Assembly (NCBI RefSeq): GCF_006345805.1
Contig: NW_021831734.1
Coordinates: 1 to 34,363 of the forward strand
Direction: 5' to 3'
Length of the DNA stretch: 34,363 nucleotides
Source of the DNA: Octopus sinensis
Lineage: Eukaryota
The notes below the pieces were generated by a model, which saw nothing but the letters and a program-made list of their open reading frames with translations, was not told where the DNA came from and did not search any database. Below are positions 33,870 through 34,363 of the stretch, one piece after another. Position 1 is the first letter of the stretch. The number at the start of each line of letters is the position of its first letter. Both the position numbers and the translations under genes were made by a program.

Positions 33870-34363
<494 letters not shown>

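Overview
Eukaryotic, AT-rich, repeat-dense DNA with no prokaryotic features. The SINE families and the (TA)n/(CA)n/(CATA)n/(CTAT)n/(AAT)n load point to an octopod cephalopod genome; this is an inference from recognition, not a search result. Most ORFs in the supplied track are microsatellite artefacts. Recognisable content: (1) many tRNA-derived SINEs of several families; (2) decayed LINE fragments (R4/Dong-like RT at 1-1235, CR1-like RT at 15465-15962); (3) several Penelope-like element (PLE) remnants, two with GIY-YIG endonuclease remnants, carrying a series of minimal type I hammerhead ribozymes with palindromic stem III, including an ORF-less ~530-bp tandem unit resembling a retrozyme; (4) a non-autonomous Helitron and two candidate MITEs; (5) two diverged L1/Tx1-like ORF1 elements, each inserted at essentially the same position just after the A-box of a different copy of one SINE family, one with a 19-bp target-site duplication and no ORF2, suggesting a SINE-targeting half-LINE family; (6) a candidate minus-strand gene for a 73-aa protein with coding exons at 26980-26950 and 12080-11890. 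All calls were made by eye and need database and experimental checks.
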